From Longimicrobiales bacterium (GTDB lineage Bacteria > Gemmatimonadota > Gemmatimonadetes > Longimicrobiales > Gaopeijiaceae), in NCBI GenBank assembly GCA_963664435.2, contig CAXXKM010000001.1:576001-640000 (forward strand): a stretch of DNA of 64,000 nt, given 5' to 3'. The translations under genes were made by a program, and so were the position numbers. The notes under the pieces were generated by a model that was given only the letters and a program-made list of their open reading frames with translations, did no database searches and was not told where the DNA came from. Below, in pieces: positions 9,423-18,768 of this stretch; positions within the stretch are counted from its first letter, which is position 1, and every line of letters begins with the position of its first letter.

Positions 9423-11651
9423 TCAGGCGCCTGCCACCAGCCTCCACGCCTGGGCCACCAGGAAGCACACCACGAACCCGATCCCGAGCGGCGCCAGAGC
9501 CGAGACCGTCGTCCACTTCACGCTTCCGGTCTCCTTGTAGATGGTGTACAGCGTGGTGGAACAGGGATTGTGCAGCAGGCTGAAGAGCATGAGGCAGACG
9601 CCCGTCAGGAGCGTCCATCCGCCCGCAGCCAGCAGAGTGCCGACGTCCGCCGCCGAACTCAGCTCGAACATGACCCCGGCCCCCTCTCCGGTGCCCGCGA
9701 TGCCCGCGGTCAGCACGGTCAGCATGAGGATCGTGGGGATGACGATCTCGTTGGCGGGGATCGCGACCAGGTAGGCCAGCAGGATCACCCCGTTCAGCCC
9801 CAGCAGCACGCCCAGAGGATTCGACCAGGTCACGAAGTGCTCGGCCAGGCTGGCGTCGCCCACGACGATGTTGGACGTGAGCCAGATCACCGCCCCGGCG
9901 GGCATGGCGAACACGACCGCGCGCCAGAGCACGATCAGGGTCCGGTCGATGAGCGAAGTGTAGAGCGTCTGCAGGATGCGCGGGGGCCGGTACGGGGGAA
10001 GCTCCAGGCTGAAGGTCGACGCTTCGCCGCGCAGCAGGGTCTTCGAGAGCAGCCACGAGGTCGCGAACATGAAGACGATTCCCAGCACGGCCACCCCGAC
10101 CACGGCGGTCGCCGACACCAGGCCGGCCAGGTGCGCGGGCGCGACCGCCCCGATGAAGATGGTCGCGATCAGGATCTGCGTGGGCCAGCGGCCGTTGCAG
10201 AGCGAGAAGTTGTTGGTGACGATGGCCAGCAGGCGTTCGCGCGGACTGTCGATGATGCGCGTGGCCACCACCCCAGCGGCGTTGCAGCCGAACCCCATGC
10301 TCATGGTGAGCGCCTGCTTGCCGTGCGCCCCCACCCGGCGGAAGAGGCCGTCGAGGTTGAAGGCAACGCGCGGCAGGTAGCCGAAGTCCTCCAGCAGGGT
10401 GAAGAGCGGAAAGAAGATCGCCATGGGCGGCAGCATGACGGCCACCACCCATGCAGTGGCCAGATACACCCCGTCGAAGAGGAACCCCGAAAGCCACCAC
10501 GGCATGGAGAGCGCGGAACCGGCCCCGACCAGCCAGGGATGGACCTGGTCGACGAGCAGGGTGGCGAGCAGCGAGGACGGGACGTTGGCCCCCGCGATGG
10601 TGAGCCAGAACACAACCGTGAGGACGAGCAGCATGACCGGGAATCCGGTCCAGCGGCTGGTCAGGGCCCGGTCGAGGTTGCGGTCCAGGTCGAAGCCGAC
10701 GCGGCGCAGCCCCCTCACTTCCGAGGCCCGCGCGATGCGCTCCGATTCGCGGTAGAAGCCGGTAACCAGTGAATCGTGGAAGTCGGCGGGGAGCTTCCAG
10801 CGCAACCGGGAGGCCAGCTCGAGGACCTGTTCGCGCGCGGGTCCCGTATTCTCCCGCGCCTGCGGGCGGGCCGCCGCCGCCCCTTCGCGCCCGGCCCCGC
10901 CGATCTCCCCGGCACTCACCGCCTCCTGCACGCGTTCGTCCGCGTTGAGCAGGCGCAGCGCCACCCAGCGTGCATTGGGGAGTCCGGGAAAGGCCGTCTC
11001 GACCGCGGGCGCGAGGGCGGAGACCGCCCGCTCCACCTCGGGCGCGCGCGTGGCGGCGCGGAAGGGTGTCGTGGCCGTCCCGCCGGTCGCCATGTCGTGG
11101 ACCGCGCGCATCAGGTCGTCGATGCCCTCGCTCCGCCGGGCCACCGTGGCGACCACCGGCACCCCCAGTTCGCGCGCCAGCTTCTTCTCGTCGACGGCGA
11201 TGCCGTGCCGGCGCGCCTCGTCCACCAGGTTCAGGCAGACCACCACCCGGGAGGTGATCTCCAGGATCTGGAGAGCAAGGTTGAGGTTGCGCTCGAGGCG
11301 GGTCGCGTCGACCACGACCACGGTCACGTCGGGGCGCCCGAACAGGAGGAAGTCGCGCGCGACCTCTTCGTCGGTGCTGCCGGCCTGCAGGGAGTAGGTC
11401 CCGGGAAGATCGACCACCTTGACCCGGTGCTCGTCGTGCAGGAAGGCGCCCTCGGAGCGCACGACCGTCTTGCCCGGCCAGTTGCCGGTGTGCTGGCGGA
11501 GCCCGGTGAGCGCGTTGAACACGGTGCTCTTGCCCGTATTCGGGTTGCCCGCCAGGGCGACCAGGTAGTCCCACCGGCCGGGATTGACGCCCAGCTTCAC
11601 CAGGCGGGGCTCGTGGCCGGCGCCACACCCCCTCCGCCGGCGCGCGGTCAT
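9423..11651 (-). CDS. feoB: Ferrous iron transporter FeoB
   Basis: [40 protein letters not shown], multi-TM C-terminus; ATGA overlap with upstream regulator. Confidence 0.95.
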   Translation of the reverse strand: MTARRRRGCGAGHEPRLVKLGVNPGRWDYLVALAGNPNTGKSTVFNALTGLRQHTGNWPGKTVVRSEGAFLHDEHRVKVVDLPGTYSLQAGSTDEEVARDFLLFGRPDVTVVVVDATRLERNLNLALQILEITSRVVVCLNLVDEARRHGIAVDEKKLARELGVPVVATVARRSEGIDDLMRAVHDMATGGTATTPFRAATRAPEVERAVSALAPAVETAFPGLPNARWVALRLLNADERVQEAVSAGEIGGAGREGAAAARPQARENTGPAREQVLELASRLRWKLPADFHDSLVTGFYRESERIARASEVRGLRRVGFDLDRNLDRALTSRWTGFPVMLLVLTVVFWLTIAGANVPSSLLATLLVDQVHPWLVGAGSALSMPWWLSGFLFDGVYLATAWVVAVMLPPMAIFFPLFTLLEDFGYLPRVAFNLDGLFRRVGAHGKQALTMSMGFGCNAAGVVATRIIDSPRERLLAIVTNNFSLCNGRWPTQILIATIFIGAVAPAHLAGLVSATAVVGVAVLGIVFMFATSWLLSKTLLRGEASTFSLELPPYRPPRILQTLYTSLIDRTLIVLWRAVVFAMPAGAVIWLTSNIVVGDASLAEHFVTWSNPLGVLLGLNGVILLAYLVAIPANEIVIPTILMLTVLTAGIAGTGEGAGVMFELSSAADVGTLLAAGGWTLLTGVCLMLFSLLHNPCSTTLYTIYKETGSVKWTTVSALAPLGIGFVVCFLVAQAWRLVAGA

Positions 11652-12748
11652 GGCGACCCCGCTTCGCGGCTGCGGGTGGGCGCTGGCGGCTCGGGCGGCT
11701 CGGCGGCCAGCCCCGGGGCCGTCGCGCCCTCGGCCGGCGGCGCGATCTCCACCCTGGCCGCCTGCTCCCTCCGGAGCGCGATGGTCGCGCCCCGGATCTG
11801 GTAGGCGGTGGGGTCGCCGCCCGCCCCGCGCAGGGTCGCGCGCACGGGCGTGCCGGGAACGACTCCCAGATCCAGCAGGCGGCGCCGGGCAGGGCCCTGG
11901 CAGGCGGGCGCAATGCGGTCCACGACGCCGGTCTCGCCAAGCGCCAGCGCGGCGAGCGTCCTGGGCGGTTCGGACGGCATCACCATGTCCTCGGCCGGCT
12001 CCACCGTAACACTCGCTGCCGCAACCGCATCGAGAAGGTGTTCCCGCCCCTGCAACAGGAACCGGACCCCCGTCGGCGAGACGTCCGCGACGCGGATCTC
12101 CATGCCCGGAGAGAGTCCCTCCGCCAGCAACTCCAGGTAGATCTCGCGCGGCTCGTCCTCCAGATGAACGATGCGCGCCCCCGCCCCCTCGCGCAGCTGT
12201 GTGAGGGTGACCCCGGTGCGGGGCGGCACCTCGCCCCGGGCGGTCGGAATGGGATCGCCGTGAGGATCGAAACGGGGATGCCCCAGGCGCGCCGCGAGCG
12301 CATCCGTTTCGGCCACCGACATGCGGTGCTCCCGGACCTCCGCCTGCGCGTGCCAGTCGGCCTCCGCCACACCCGTGCGGTCGGCCAGGTAGCGCTCCCA
12401 CAACCGGTGGGTTCGCACGACACGGAGCGCGTAGGACCGGCCCGGACCGGTCAGGGAGACGGCCGTACCCTGCGCCTCCGCCAACCCCAGTTCGCACAGG
12501 CGGGTCACCAGGCGTCCCGCGCTTCCGCGGCGCATCCCGAGCCCTCCCGCGAGGCTCTCGAGCGTGGAGGGCAGGGCCAGGTACTCGCAGTTGAAGAGGT
12601 GCTTCAGCGCATCCTCGATTCGAACCCGCTCCGTCATGCGTGCGGCACCGAGGGCCCGTGCCAGGAGCCCCTTGCGCGGCCACAGCAGCGCAGCCGAACC
12701 GACCGCCGCCAGGGCGAAGACGAGTAGCGCGAATCCGGGCTCGATCAT
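11648..12748 (-). CDS. DtxR/MntR-family metal-dependent regulator with N-terminal TM helix and FeoA domains
   Basis: [33 protein letters not shown]-terminal [12 protein letters not shown]...[19 protein letters not shown]eoA. Confidence 0.88.
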   Translation of the reverse strand: MIEPGFALLVFALAAVGSAALLWPRKGLLARALGAARMTERVRIEDALKHLFNCEYLALPSTLESLAGGLGMRRGSAGRLVTRLCELGLAEAQGTAVSLTGPGRSYALRVVRTHRLWERYLADRTGVAEADWHAQAEVREHRMSVAETDALAARLGHPRFDPHGDPIPTARGEVPPRTGVTLTQLREGAGARIVHLEDEPREIYLELLAEGLSPGMEIRVADVSPTGVRFLLQGREHLLDAVAAASVTVEPAEDMVMPSEPPRTLAALALGETGVVDRIAPACQGPARRRLLDLGVVPGTPVRATLRGAGGDPTAYQIRGATIALRREQAARVEIAPPAEGATAPGLAAEPPEPPAPTRSREAGSP

Positions 12749-12799
12749 GTGGGGGATCCCAGCGGTGAAGGGACCGGCGAAATCTCTCGCGGGTCTTTT

Positions 12800-12835
12800 G
12801 TAGGCTTGCCTAATGAATAAGTTAGGCGTGCCTAA
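12800..12835. promoter_or_regulatory. Tandem DtxR-family operator palindromes
   Basis: gTAGGC-TT-GCCTAa (12800-12813) and TTAGGC-GT-GCCTAA (12822-12835) in an AT-rich patch just upstream of the regulator-feoB operon. Confidence 0.8.
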
Positions 12836-12899
12836 TAATCAAGCAGGGCACGGCGACCCGCGGCAAGTCAGTGGAAGATGCGCCGCGCAACGCCGGCGA

Positions 12900-13703
12900 T
12901 CAGCGCCAGAGATGGCGCAGGAAACGCTCCGGAGCAAGCAGGAAATCGCGCATCAGGTTTACGGCTTCGATCTCCTCGAAGTCGGTCTCGCGCACGGGCC
13001 GGCCATCGAAGTCGTAGATCCTCGCACCGGGAACGGCCATCAGGATTGGCGAGTGGGTGGCGATCAGAAATTGGGAATCCTGGTCGACCATGTCGCGCAT
13101 CATGGTCATGAAGCCGAGCTGACTCTGGGGAGAGAGCGCGGCTTCGGGTTCGTCCAGCAGATAGAGGCCTCCGGGCACGAACCGCTCCCGAAAGAGCTTC
13201 AGAAAGCCCTCCCCATGCGAGTTTGCGTCCAGGTCGGCCCCATACTTCCGCTCGATGGCCGCGATGGAGCCTGCGGCGGGGCCGCGCGCAAGGGTGCGCG
13301 CCAGCCTGGAGTGTTCGCGGAATCGCTCGTCGACCTCGGCGAGCTCCTGCTGAAACTCGCTCCTCAACCGGGCCATGCGCCTCGTGAAACCGAAGAAGTC
13401 CTCGGCGCGCAGAAAGAAGCCGCGGTGCGTACGCGTCCTCCACGCGAGCCTCAACGTCCCCGCCAGGCGGCGCTGCGGCGCGAGCGTGGGATCCCGATCC
13501 GCACTTCGGCTGCCGACGGTGGGAAGCCCGGTCGCCGCAGCCAGCGCCTCGAGCACCGTCGACTTGCCGGAGCCGTTCTCGCCTACCAGCAGCGTCACGG
13601 GCTTTCCGATCTCCAGGATGCCGAGCCCTTGCAGGGCCGGGATGTTGAACGGGAACTCATCCGCCCGCCCATCCGAGTCCGGGAAATGAATGCGCTCTAA
13701 CAC
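12900..13703 (-). CDS. Predicted AAA/ABC-like ATPase
   Basis: GENGSGKST, SHGEGF, LLDEPEAALSP, IATHSPIL; GTG start after GGAGG. Confidence 0.85.
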   Translation of the reverse strand: MLERIHFPDSDGRADEFPFNIPALQGLGILEIGKPVTLLVGENGSGKSTVLEALAAATGLPTVGSRSADRDPTLAPQRRLAGTLRLAWRTRTHRGFFLRAEDFFGFTRRMARLRSEFQQELAEVDERFREHSRLARTLARGPAAGSIAAIERKYGADLDANSHGEGFLKLFRERFVPGGLYLLDEPEAALSPQSQLGFMTMMRDMVDQDSQFLIATHSPILMAVPGARIYDFDGRPVRETDFEEIEAVNLMRDFLLAPERFLRHLWR

Positions 13704-13734
13704 CCCGCGGCGTCCCCTCCCAACATCGTTGCCT

Positions 13735-13897
13735 CCGTCCTCATGCCGTGTCCGGTGTCCATCCTCATGCCGTGTCCGGTGTCCGTCCTCATGCCGTGTC
13801 CAGTGTCCGTCCTCATGCCGTGTCCAGTGTCCGTCCTCATGCCGTGTCCAGTGTCCGTCCTCATGCCGTGTCGGGCGCCCGTCCTCATGCCGTGTCC
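13735..13897. repeat. 24-bp tandem repeat (VNTR), about 6.8 copies
   Basis: Unit CCGTCCTCATGCCGTGTCC(A/G)GTGT begins at 13735, 13759, 13783, 13807, 13831, 13855, 13879. Confidence 0.97.
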
Positions 13898-14793
13898 TGC
13901 CTCCGAATCGCCTCGAGTTCCTCCAGCGTGCGCGGCCAGTCCCGGCGCAGGAGCCTGGAGAGTGCCCTGTCGGCCAACAGCCTGCCCCCGGTCTGACATT
14001 CGGGGCAATAGTTCGTCTCGCGGCTGGCGTAGACAATGCGCTGGATGGGGGTGCCGCACCGGGGACACGGCTTCCCGAACTTCCCATGGGCGGCCATGGC
14101 CGGATGGAACGCGGTGACCTTTCTGGGAAACTCCCCGCCCGCTTCGGCCTGCAGGCGCTCCGTCCATTCCCGCAGGGAGACCCGCGTCGCCTCGTACAGC
14201 CGGCGGAGTTCGGCGGTCGACAGTTGGCGCGTGAGACGCACGGGCGAGAGGCGCGCCGCGAGCAGGATTTCGTCGGAGTGCGCGTTGCCGATGCCGCTCA
14301 GGATCCTCGGGTCGGTGAGGGCCCGCTTGAGCGTGCGGTTCTCGCGAAGGAGCGCGGCCTGAAAGCCCGGGAAGTCGACCTCCAGGGGTTCGACGCCCCC
14401 GGGGTCGAGTCGGCGGAGAGCGTCGTCCCCGCGCACCACCCACATCGACATCCTCTTCTTCGTGCTCGCCTCGGTAAGCACCAGCGTTCCGTTGGGGAAG
14501 TCCAGGGCTCCCGCCGCGCGTTTCCCGGGCAGGGGCGCCCCGGCATCCCGCCACTGGAAGCGCCCCGCGATCATCAGGTGGATCACCGCGTGAAGATCGT
14601 CGTCCAGGTGCAGTGCGATGCGCTTGCCGATGCGCCCGGTGGCGCGCACTCGCTTCCCCACGAGCTCGGAGACCGGCGGATCGAAGGTCTTGAGCAGCGA
14701 CGGCGAGCGGAGCCGGACGCGTTCGATCGGCTGCCCCGTGATGCGGGCGTCGAGCGCGTTCAGGTACAGGGATACCTCCGGAAGTTCGGGCAT
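13885..14793 (-). CDS. Fpg/Nei-family DNA glycosylase (H2TH plus zinc finger)
   Basis: N-terminal MPELPEV, HLMIAGR, SGIGNAHSDEIL, CPRC...CPECQ. Confidence 0.92.
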   Translation of the reverse strand: MPELPEVSLYLNALDARITGQPIERVRLRSPSLLKTFDPPVSELVGKRVRATGRIGKRIALHLDDDLHAVIHLMIAGRFQWRDAGAPLPGKRAAGALDFPNGTLVLTEASTKKRMSMWVVRGDDALRRLDPGGVEPLEVDFPGFQAALLRENRTLKRALTDPRILSGIGNAHSDEILLAARLSPVRLTRQLSTAELRRLYEATRVSLREWTERLQAEAGGEFPRKVTAFHPAMAAHGKFGKPCPRCGTPIQRIVYASRETNYCPECQTGGRLLADRALSRLLRRDWPRTLEELEAIRRQDTA

Positions 14794-15050
14794 GCCGCAA
14801 GATCGATGCTGCGGACGGAGGGGCGCCAGTGGAGAGGAGCGCGAGCGGTGTTGCACTCCGGCGAATCGCATGCGGCGCGGCGGTGCCGGAAATCAGGCTT
14901 TGGCGGGCGCCGGGCCCCGCCGCTGTTGCCGCGACCTGCCATCGGCTACCGTCATGGTCGGCGCGCGGCACAGGCACCGGGCTCGCAAGCCGCCCCCGAC
15001 CGGCGATGCACGCCATCCACTCCAAACCTCCACATAGCCGGGCCACCCCC

Positions 15051-16010
15051 ATGAACCGTCATCTCCGCGCACTGGCTCCCTGCCGAGCCTTCCCGGCCGC
15101 GCCGCTGCCGGCGTTGCTGCTGCCGTTGCTGCTGGCGCCGGCCATCCTTCCGGGCTCAACCGCCGTGCGGGCCCAGGAGCCCGCGACCCGGGTTGTGATT
15201 CTCGGGACCGGAACGCCCATCGCCGACCCGGATCGGTTCGGGCCGTCGGTCGCGGTGGTGGTTGGAGAGGAGTCCTACCTTGTGGACGCGGGTGCTGGCG
15301 TGGTCCGCAGGGCAGCAGCCGCGGCGCGGAACGGGATCCCCGCCCTGGCGGCGTCCAACCTGAAGCGGGTCTTCATCACGCATCTGCATACGGACCACAC
15401 GGTCGGGCTCCCGGACCTGATGTTCACCCCCTGGCAGAACGGCCGCGCGGCGCCCGTCGAGGTCTACGGGCCACCGGGCACGCTGCGCATGACCACGAAC
15501 ATCGAGGAGGCATGGGTGGAGGACATTCACATGCGCCTCTTCGGCCTGGAAGGCCGCAGCGCCCACAACTACCGCGCCGAGACCAGGGAGATCGAGGCGG
15601 GAACGGTCTACGACGACGGCACCGTGCGCGTGGACGCCATCCCCGTCGACCACACCACCTGGCCCATCGCCTTCGGCTACCGCTTCGTAACCCCGGATCG
15701 CACCATCGTCATCTCGGGGGACGCCCGTCCGAGTCCATCTCTGGTGGAAGCCTGCAACGGCTGCGACGTGCTCGTGCATGAGGTCTACTCGCGGGACTTC
15801 TTCGACCGGCACCGCAACCAGACCTACCACGCGGCGGCGCACACTTCGACCGCCGAAGTGGCCGCGCTGGCGATGGAGGCCCGCCCGGGGCTTCTGGTGC
15901 TCTACCATCAGCTCTACCGCTCCGCCACCGACGAGGACCTCATCCGCGAGGTGCGCGAGGCGGGGTACACCGGGCGCGTGGTGTCGGCCGCGGACCTGGA
16001 CGTGTACTGA
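15051..16010 (+). CDS. Exported MBL-fold hydrolase (RNase Z/arylsulfatase-like)
   Basis: Signal peptide, LGTGTP, THLHTDH, SGD, LVHE, HTS, LYH motifs. Confidence 0.85.
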   Translation: MNRHLRALAPCRAFPAAPLPALLLPLLLAPAILPGSTAVRAQEPATRVVILGTGTPIADPDRFGPSVAVVVGEESYLVDAGAGVVRRAAAAARNGIPALAASNLKRVFITHLHTDHTVGLPDLMFTPWQNGRAAPVEVYGPPGTLRMTTNIEEAWVEDIHMRLFGLEGRSAHNYRAETREIEAGTVYDDGTVRVDAIPVDHTTWPIAFGYRFVTPDRTIVISGDARPSPSLVEACNGCDVLVHEVYSRDFFDRHRNQTYHAAAHTSTAEVAALAMEARPGLLVLYHQLYRSATDEDLIREVREAGYTGRVVSAADLDVY

Positions 16011-16189
16011 ACGCTCGATGAACGATCGCCTGCCCGTTAGAACGGGGTTCGCGCAAATGGCGGTCGCGGCGCGCCGGCGCGTGACGTGTTGCCCCGAATT
16101 CCCGCGCCGGAATAACTTGGGCGGGTGACTGGCCGCGCGCGCCGGGCATCCCGGAATCACGCAGTCATGGACCTCAACGGAGTTGGAGT

Positions 16190-16666
16190 ATGCTACGTGC
16201 GAGTGTGTTGCTGGCCCTCCTGATCATGGTGTCCGGTTGCGCCCGTTGGATTCCGGCCCGGGTCGGCGAAGTTCCGCTCGGCACGGATGTCCGCCTGCGG
16301 CTGTCGGAGGAGGGCGCCGCGCAGTTGGAGGAACTCACCGGGACGCGCCAATCCGAGGTCTCCGGGCAGCTGCTGCAGTGGGACGGCGAAGTGATGGTGT
16401 CGGCCGCCCTGCAGGGCGCCGGAGCCGGCGCGAACAGCAGCAGCCTGCGCCAGCGGTTCGTGGTGGACGAGGAGGACATCCTCGGGGTGGATGTCAGGGA
16501 ACTGGACCGCACAAGGACCGGGATCTTTGTCGGCAGCGTCGCCGTGGTGGCGGGTTCGGCGATCGTGTGGGTGGTGTCGCAGCTCACCGGCGGCGGCACC
16601 GCGGCCCCGACCGACCCCCCGAACCCCGGACCCAGCGAACCATTCGTGCGCATTCGCATTCCCTAG
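16190..16666 (+). CDS. Hypothetical lipoprotein (paralog 1)
   Basis: GGAG RBS, lipobox VSGC, C-terminal hydrophobic helix; alignable by eye to the next gene. Confidence 0.75.
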   Translation: MLRASVLLALLIMVSGCARWIPARVGEVPLGTDVRLRLSEEGAAQLEELTGTRQSEVSGQLLQWDGEVMVSAALQGAGAGANSSSLRQRFVVDEEDILGVDVRELDRTRTGIFVGSVAVVAGSAIVWVVSQLTGGGTAAPTDPPNPGPSEPFVRIRIP

Positions 16667-16783
16667 CCGGAAACCCCGGGCGGGCGGCGAAGGAGGGTCG
16701 GGTGCCGGCCTGCCCCGTCGCGGGAGGTCTCAGCCGTCCGACACGCCGCCAAACACGTCCTTGACTTTCAACCGGAGGCGAAC

Positions 16784-17257
16784 ATGATGCGCACCGGTCT
16801 GGCCCTGATCCTTCTCCTGACCGTATCCGGCTGCGCCCGATGGGTGCCGGCCCAGCTGGGGACGGTCCCGCCCGGCACCGACGTCCGCCTCCGCCTCTCC
16901 GAGGACGGCGCCGAGCAGCTTGAGGAGATGACCGGCGCGGGTACCACCGAGGTCACGGGAGAACTGCTCCAGTGGGAGCCTGAGGTGCTTGTATCCACCG
17001 CGCTTGGACCCTCGGCCATGCGCCTCGACCCGGGCCTGCGCCAGCGCCTTGTCCTGGATCCGGACAACGTGGTCGCGATCGACGTGCGCGAGGTCGACCG
17101 TACCCGCACCGGGCTTCTGGTGGGTGGCGTGGTGGCGGTGGCGGGATCTGCGATCGCCTGGGCGTTGGTCAACATCATCCGGGGCAGCGAAGGAGCACCC
17201 ACCTCACCGACGACGGATGTCCCCCAGGAGCCCTTCGTACGGTTGCGCTTTCCCTAG
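16784..17257 (+). CDS. Hypothetical lipoprotein (paralog 2)
   Basis: GGAGG RBS, lipobox VSGC; shares GTDVRLRLSE, G.LLQW, LRQR, DVRE.DRTRTG and EPFVR with paralog 1. Confidence 0.75.
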   Translation: MMRTGLALILLLTVSGCARWVPAQLGTVPPGTDVRLRLSEDGAEQLEEMTGAGTTEVTGELLQWEPEVLVSTALGPSAMRLDPGLRQRLVLDPDNVVAIDVREVDRTRTGLLVGGVVAVAGSAIAWALVNIIRGSEGAPTSPTTDVPQEPFVRLRFP

Positions 17258-17449
17258 CAGCCCGTGGACAAGCTCCGCCCGACATTCGAGCGGCGGCGCA
17301 TCCACGCTGGAACGCCGGGCTCTGCGTTGCTTCCCGGCCCAATCGCGCTGCTATTCGGAACCCGCCCTTCAGGATCCGCAGGTCTCCGGCGCACCCCGAA
17401 AGCGACCGTAGATCGTCTCGGGGTGCGCCGGGTCGGCGATGTCAGCTAC

Positions 17450-18691
17450 TCAGCTGCCGCCCTGGTAATAGGGGTTGCCGGCGAGCTCCTCCGAGGACAC
17501 CGGCCAGCGCCGGTTCGTCCCCAACTGCTTGGTCACCTCGTCCCACTGCCACGGCTTGATGTCGTAGTAGCGGTGGTCCTGAAGGCGGCGGCCTTCGACC
17601 ATGAACTCGAGCCTGCGCTCGTGAATGAGCTGTTCGTAGACCTCGCCGGTGTCCATGCTCATGAACGGCGACAGATCCCAGGCGGCGCGCACCATGTTGA
17701 TCTGGTTGACCGCCTCCTGGTAGTTGCCCGACACCAGGTGGCCCTCCGCCAGGATCAGCCGCGCCTCCTGCCAGCGGCTGACCGGAAGGTCGGCATCCAG
17801 GCCCGGGTACTTGAAGAACCGGTGCACGTCGCCCGTATGGGGCGGCGGCGCGGCGAGCTCGGGCGGGCCGACGCGCGTCCCGATGCGCGGATCCACCATG
17901 CCGGTCACCGGATCCTCGATGGCCACGTTGCGCGGATCGATGATGACGCCCGTGATCGACTGGTGGTACGTGTTGAGGCTGTTCAGCGAGCCCGGCTGCT
18001 GGTAGCGGCACGCGAAATAGAAATCGGGCTTTACCGCGAGCGCCGCCTCGGCGGCCGTCATGGCGGCCGTCATCTGGCCCATGTCCCTGCCGCGCTCGAA
18101 GTAGAGCGCCCGATGGACCCGGGCCTTGGTCGCAAGCGCCGCCGCCCGCAAGTCCGGGTTGCTCGCCTGGGCCACCTGGTCGAGCGTGGACAGCGTCTGT
18201 TCCAGCACGACATCCGGCGCCACCGGCGGCTCGCCGTTGAAGGGCACCTCTTTGAAGTGATCGGCGAGACCGATGCGCGCGAAGGCCTCCCAGAAGATGC
18301 CGCGCACGATGGTCGTGTCGGCGGGGTTCGACGCCTGCAACCTCCTCACTGCCTCCTCCGCGATCCAGCGGGCGGAAGACAGAGAGTTCCAGGCCCCGTT
18401 CTGGACCGTGTTGAACCCCTCCATGTGGCCCCACATGTGGAGCTCGGTGAAGGTGAAACTCGAAATGAATGTTACGTCGTCGGACTGGAGGGCGTTGGCC
18501 GCGACCATGCCGTCCCAGGCGTCGCAGACCACGCCCTCGGGCGTCGCGGCCAGAGCGGGAACCAGATCCGGCTCTTCCAGATCCGCGATCGTGAGGCTTC
18601 CCGGGTTGTCGACGGTGAACAGGTCACCGCATCCCGCTGCAATCAACACGGTGAACGAAAGTACGCCCAATCTCAATATGTGCATTCGCAT
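17450..18691 (-). CDS. RagB/SusD-family lipoprotein
   Basis: Lipobox AAGC; EARLILAE, INMVR, ERRLEFMVEGRRLQD, E..GNP; follows SusC. Confidence 0.88.
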   Translation of the reverse strand: MRMHILRLGVLSFTVLIAAGCGDLFTVDNPGSLTIADLEEPDLVPALAATPEGVVCDAWDGMVAANALQSDDVTFISSFTFTELHMWGHMEGFNTVQNGAWNSLSSARWIAEEAVRRLQASNPADTTIVRGIFWEAFARIGLADHFKEVPFNGEPPVAPDVVLEQTLSTLDQVAQASNPDLRAAALATKARVHRALYFERGRDMGQMTAAMTAAEAALAVKPDFYFACRYQQPGSLNSLNTYHQSITGVIIDPRNVAIEDPVTGMVDPRIGTRVGPPELAAPPPHTGDVHRFFKYPGLDADLPVSRWQEARLILAEGHLVSGNYQEAVNQINMVRAAWDLSPFMSMDTGEVYEQLIHERRLEFMVEGRRLQDHRYYDIKPWQWDEVTKQLGTNRRWPVSSEELAGNPYYQGGS

Positions 18692-18768
18692 GGTTATAAC
18701 TCCCCTTTAGTCAGAGATCCGCTCATCGCCAGTGGCGATCGATCCGATACCCGTCGCACACTCGCATC

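Noticed and set aside
13735..13897. CRISPR array
   Set aside because: Units are head-to-tail with no unique spacers, and there are no cas genes in the window
13704..14087. His-rich (HEDGHWTR)n N-terminal extension of the ATPase
   Set aside because: The only upstream start lies inside the Fpg gene; a GTG with a GGAGG RBS at 13703 gives a normal-length ATPase
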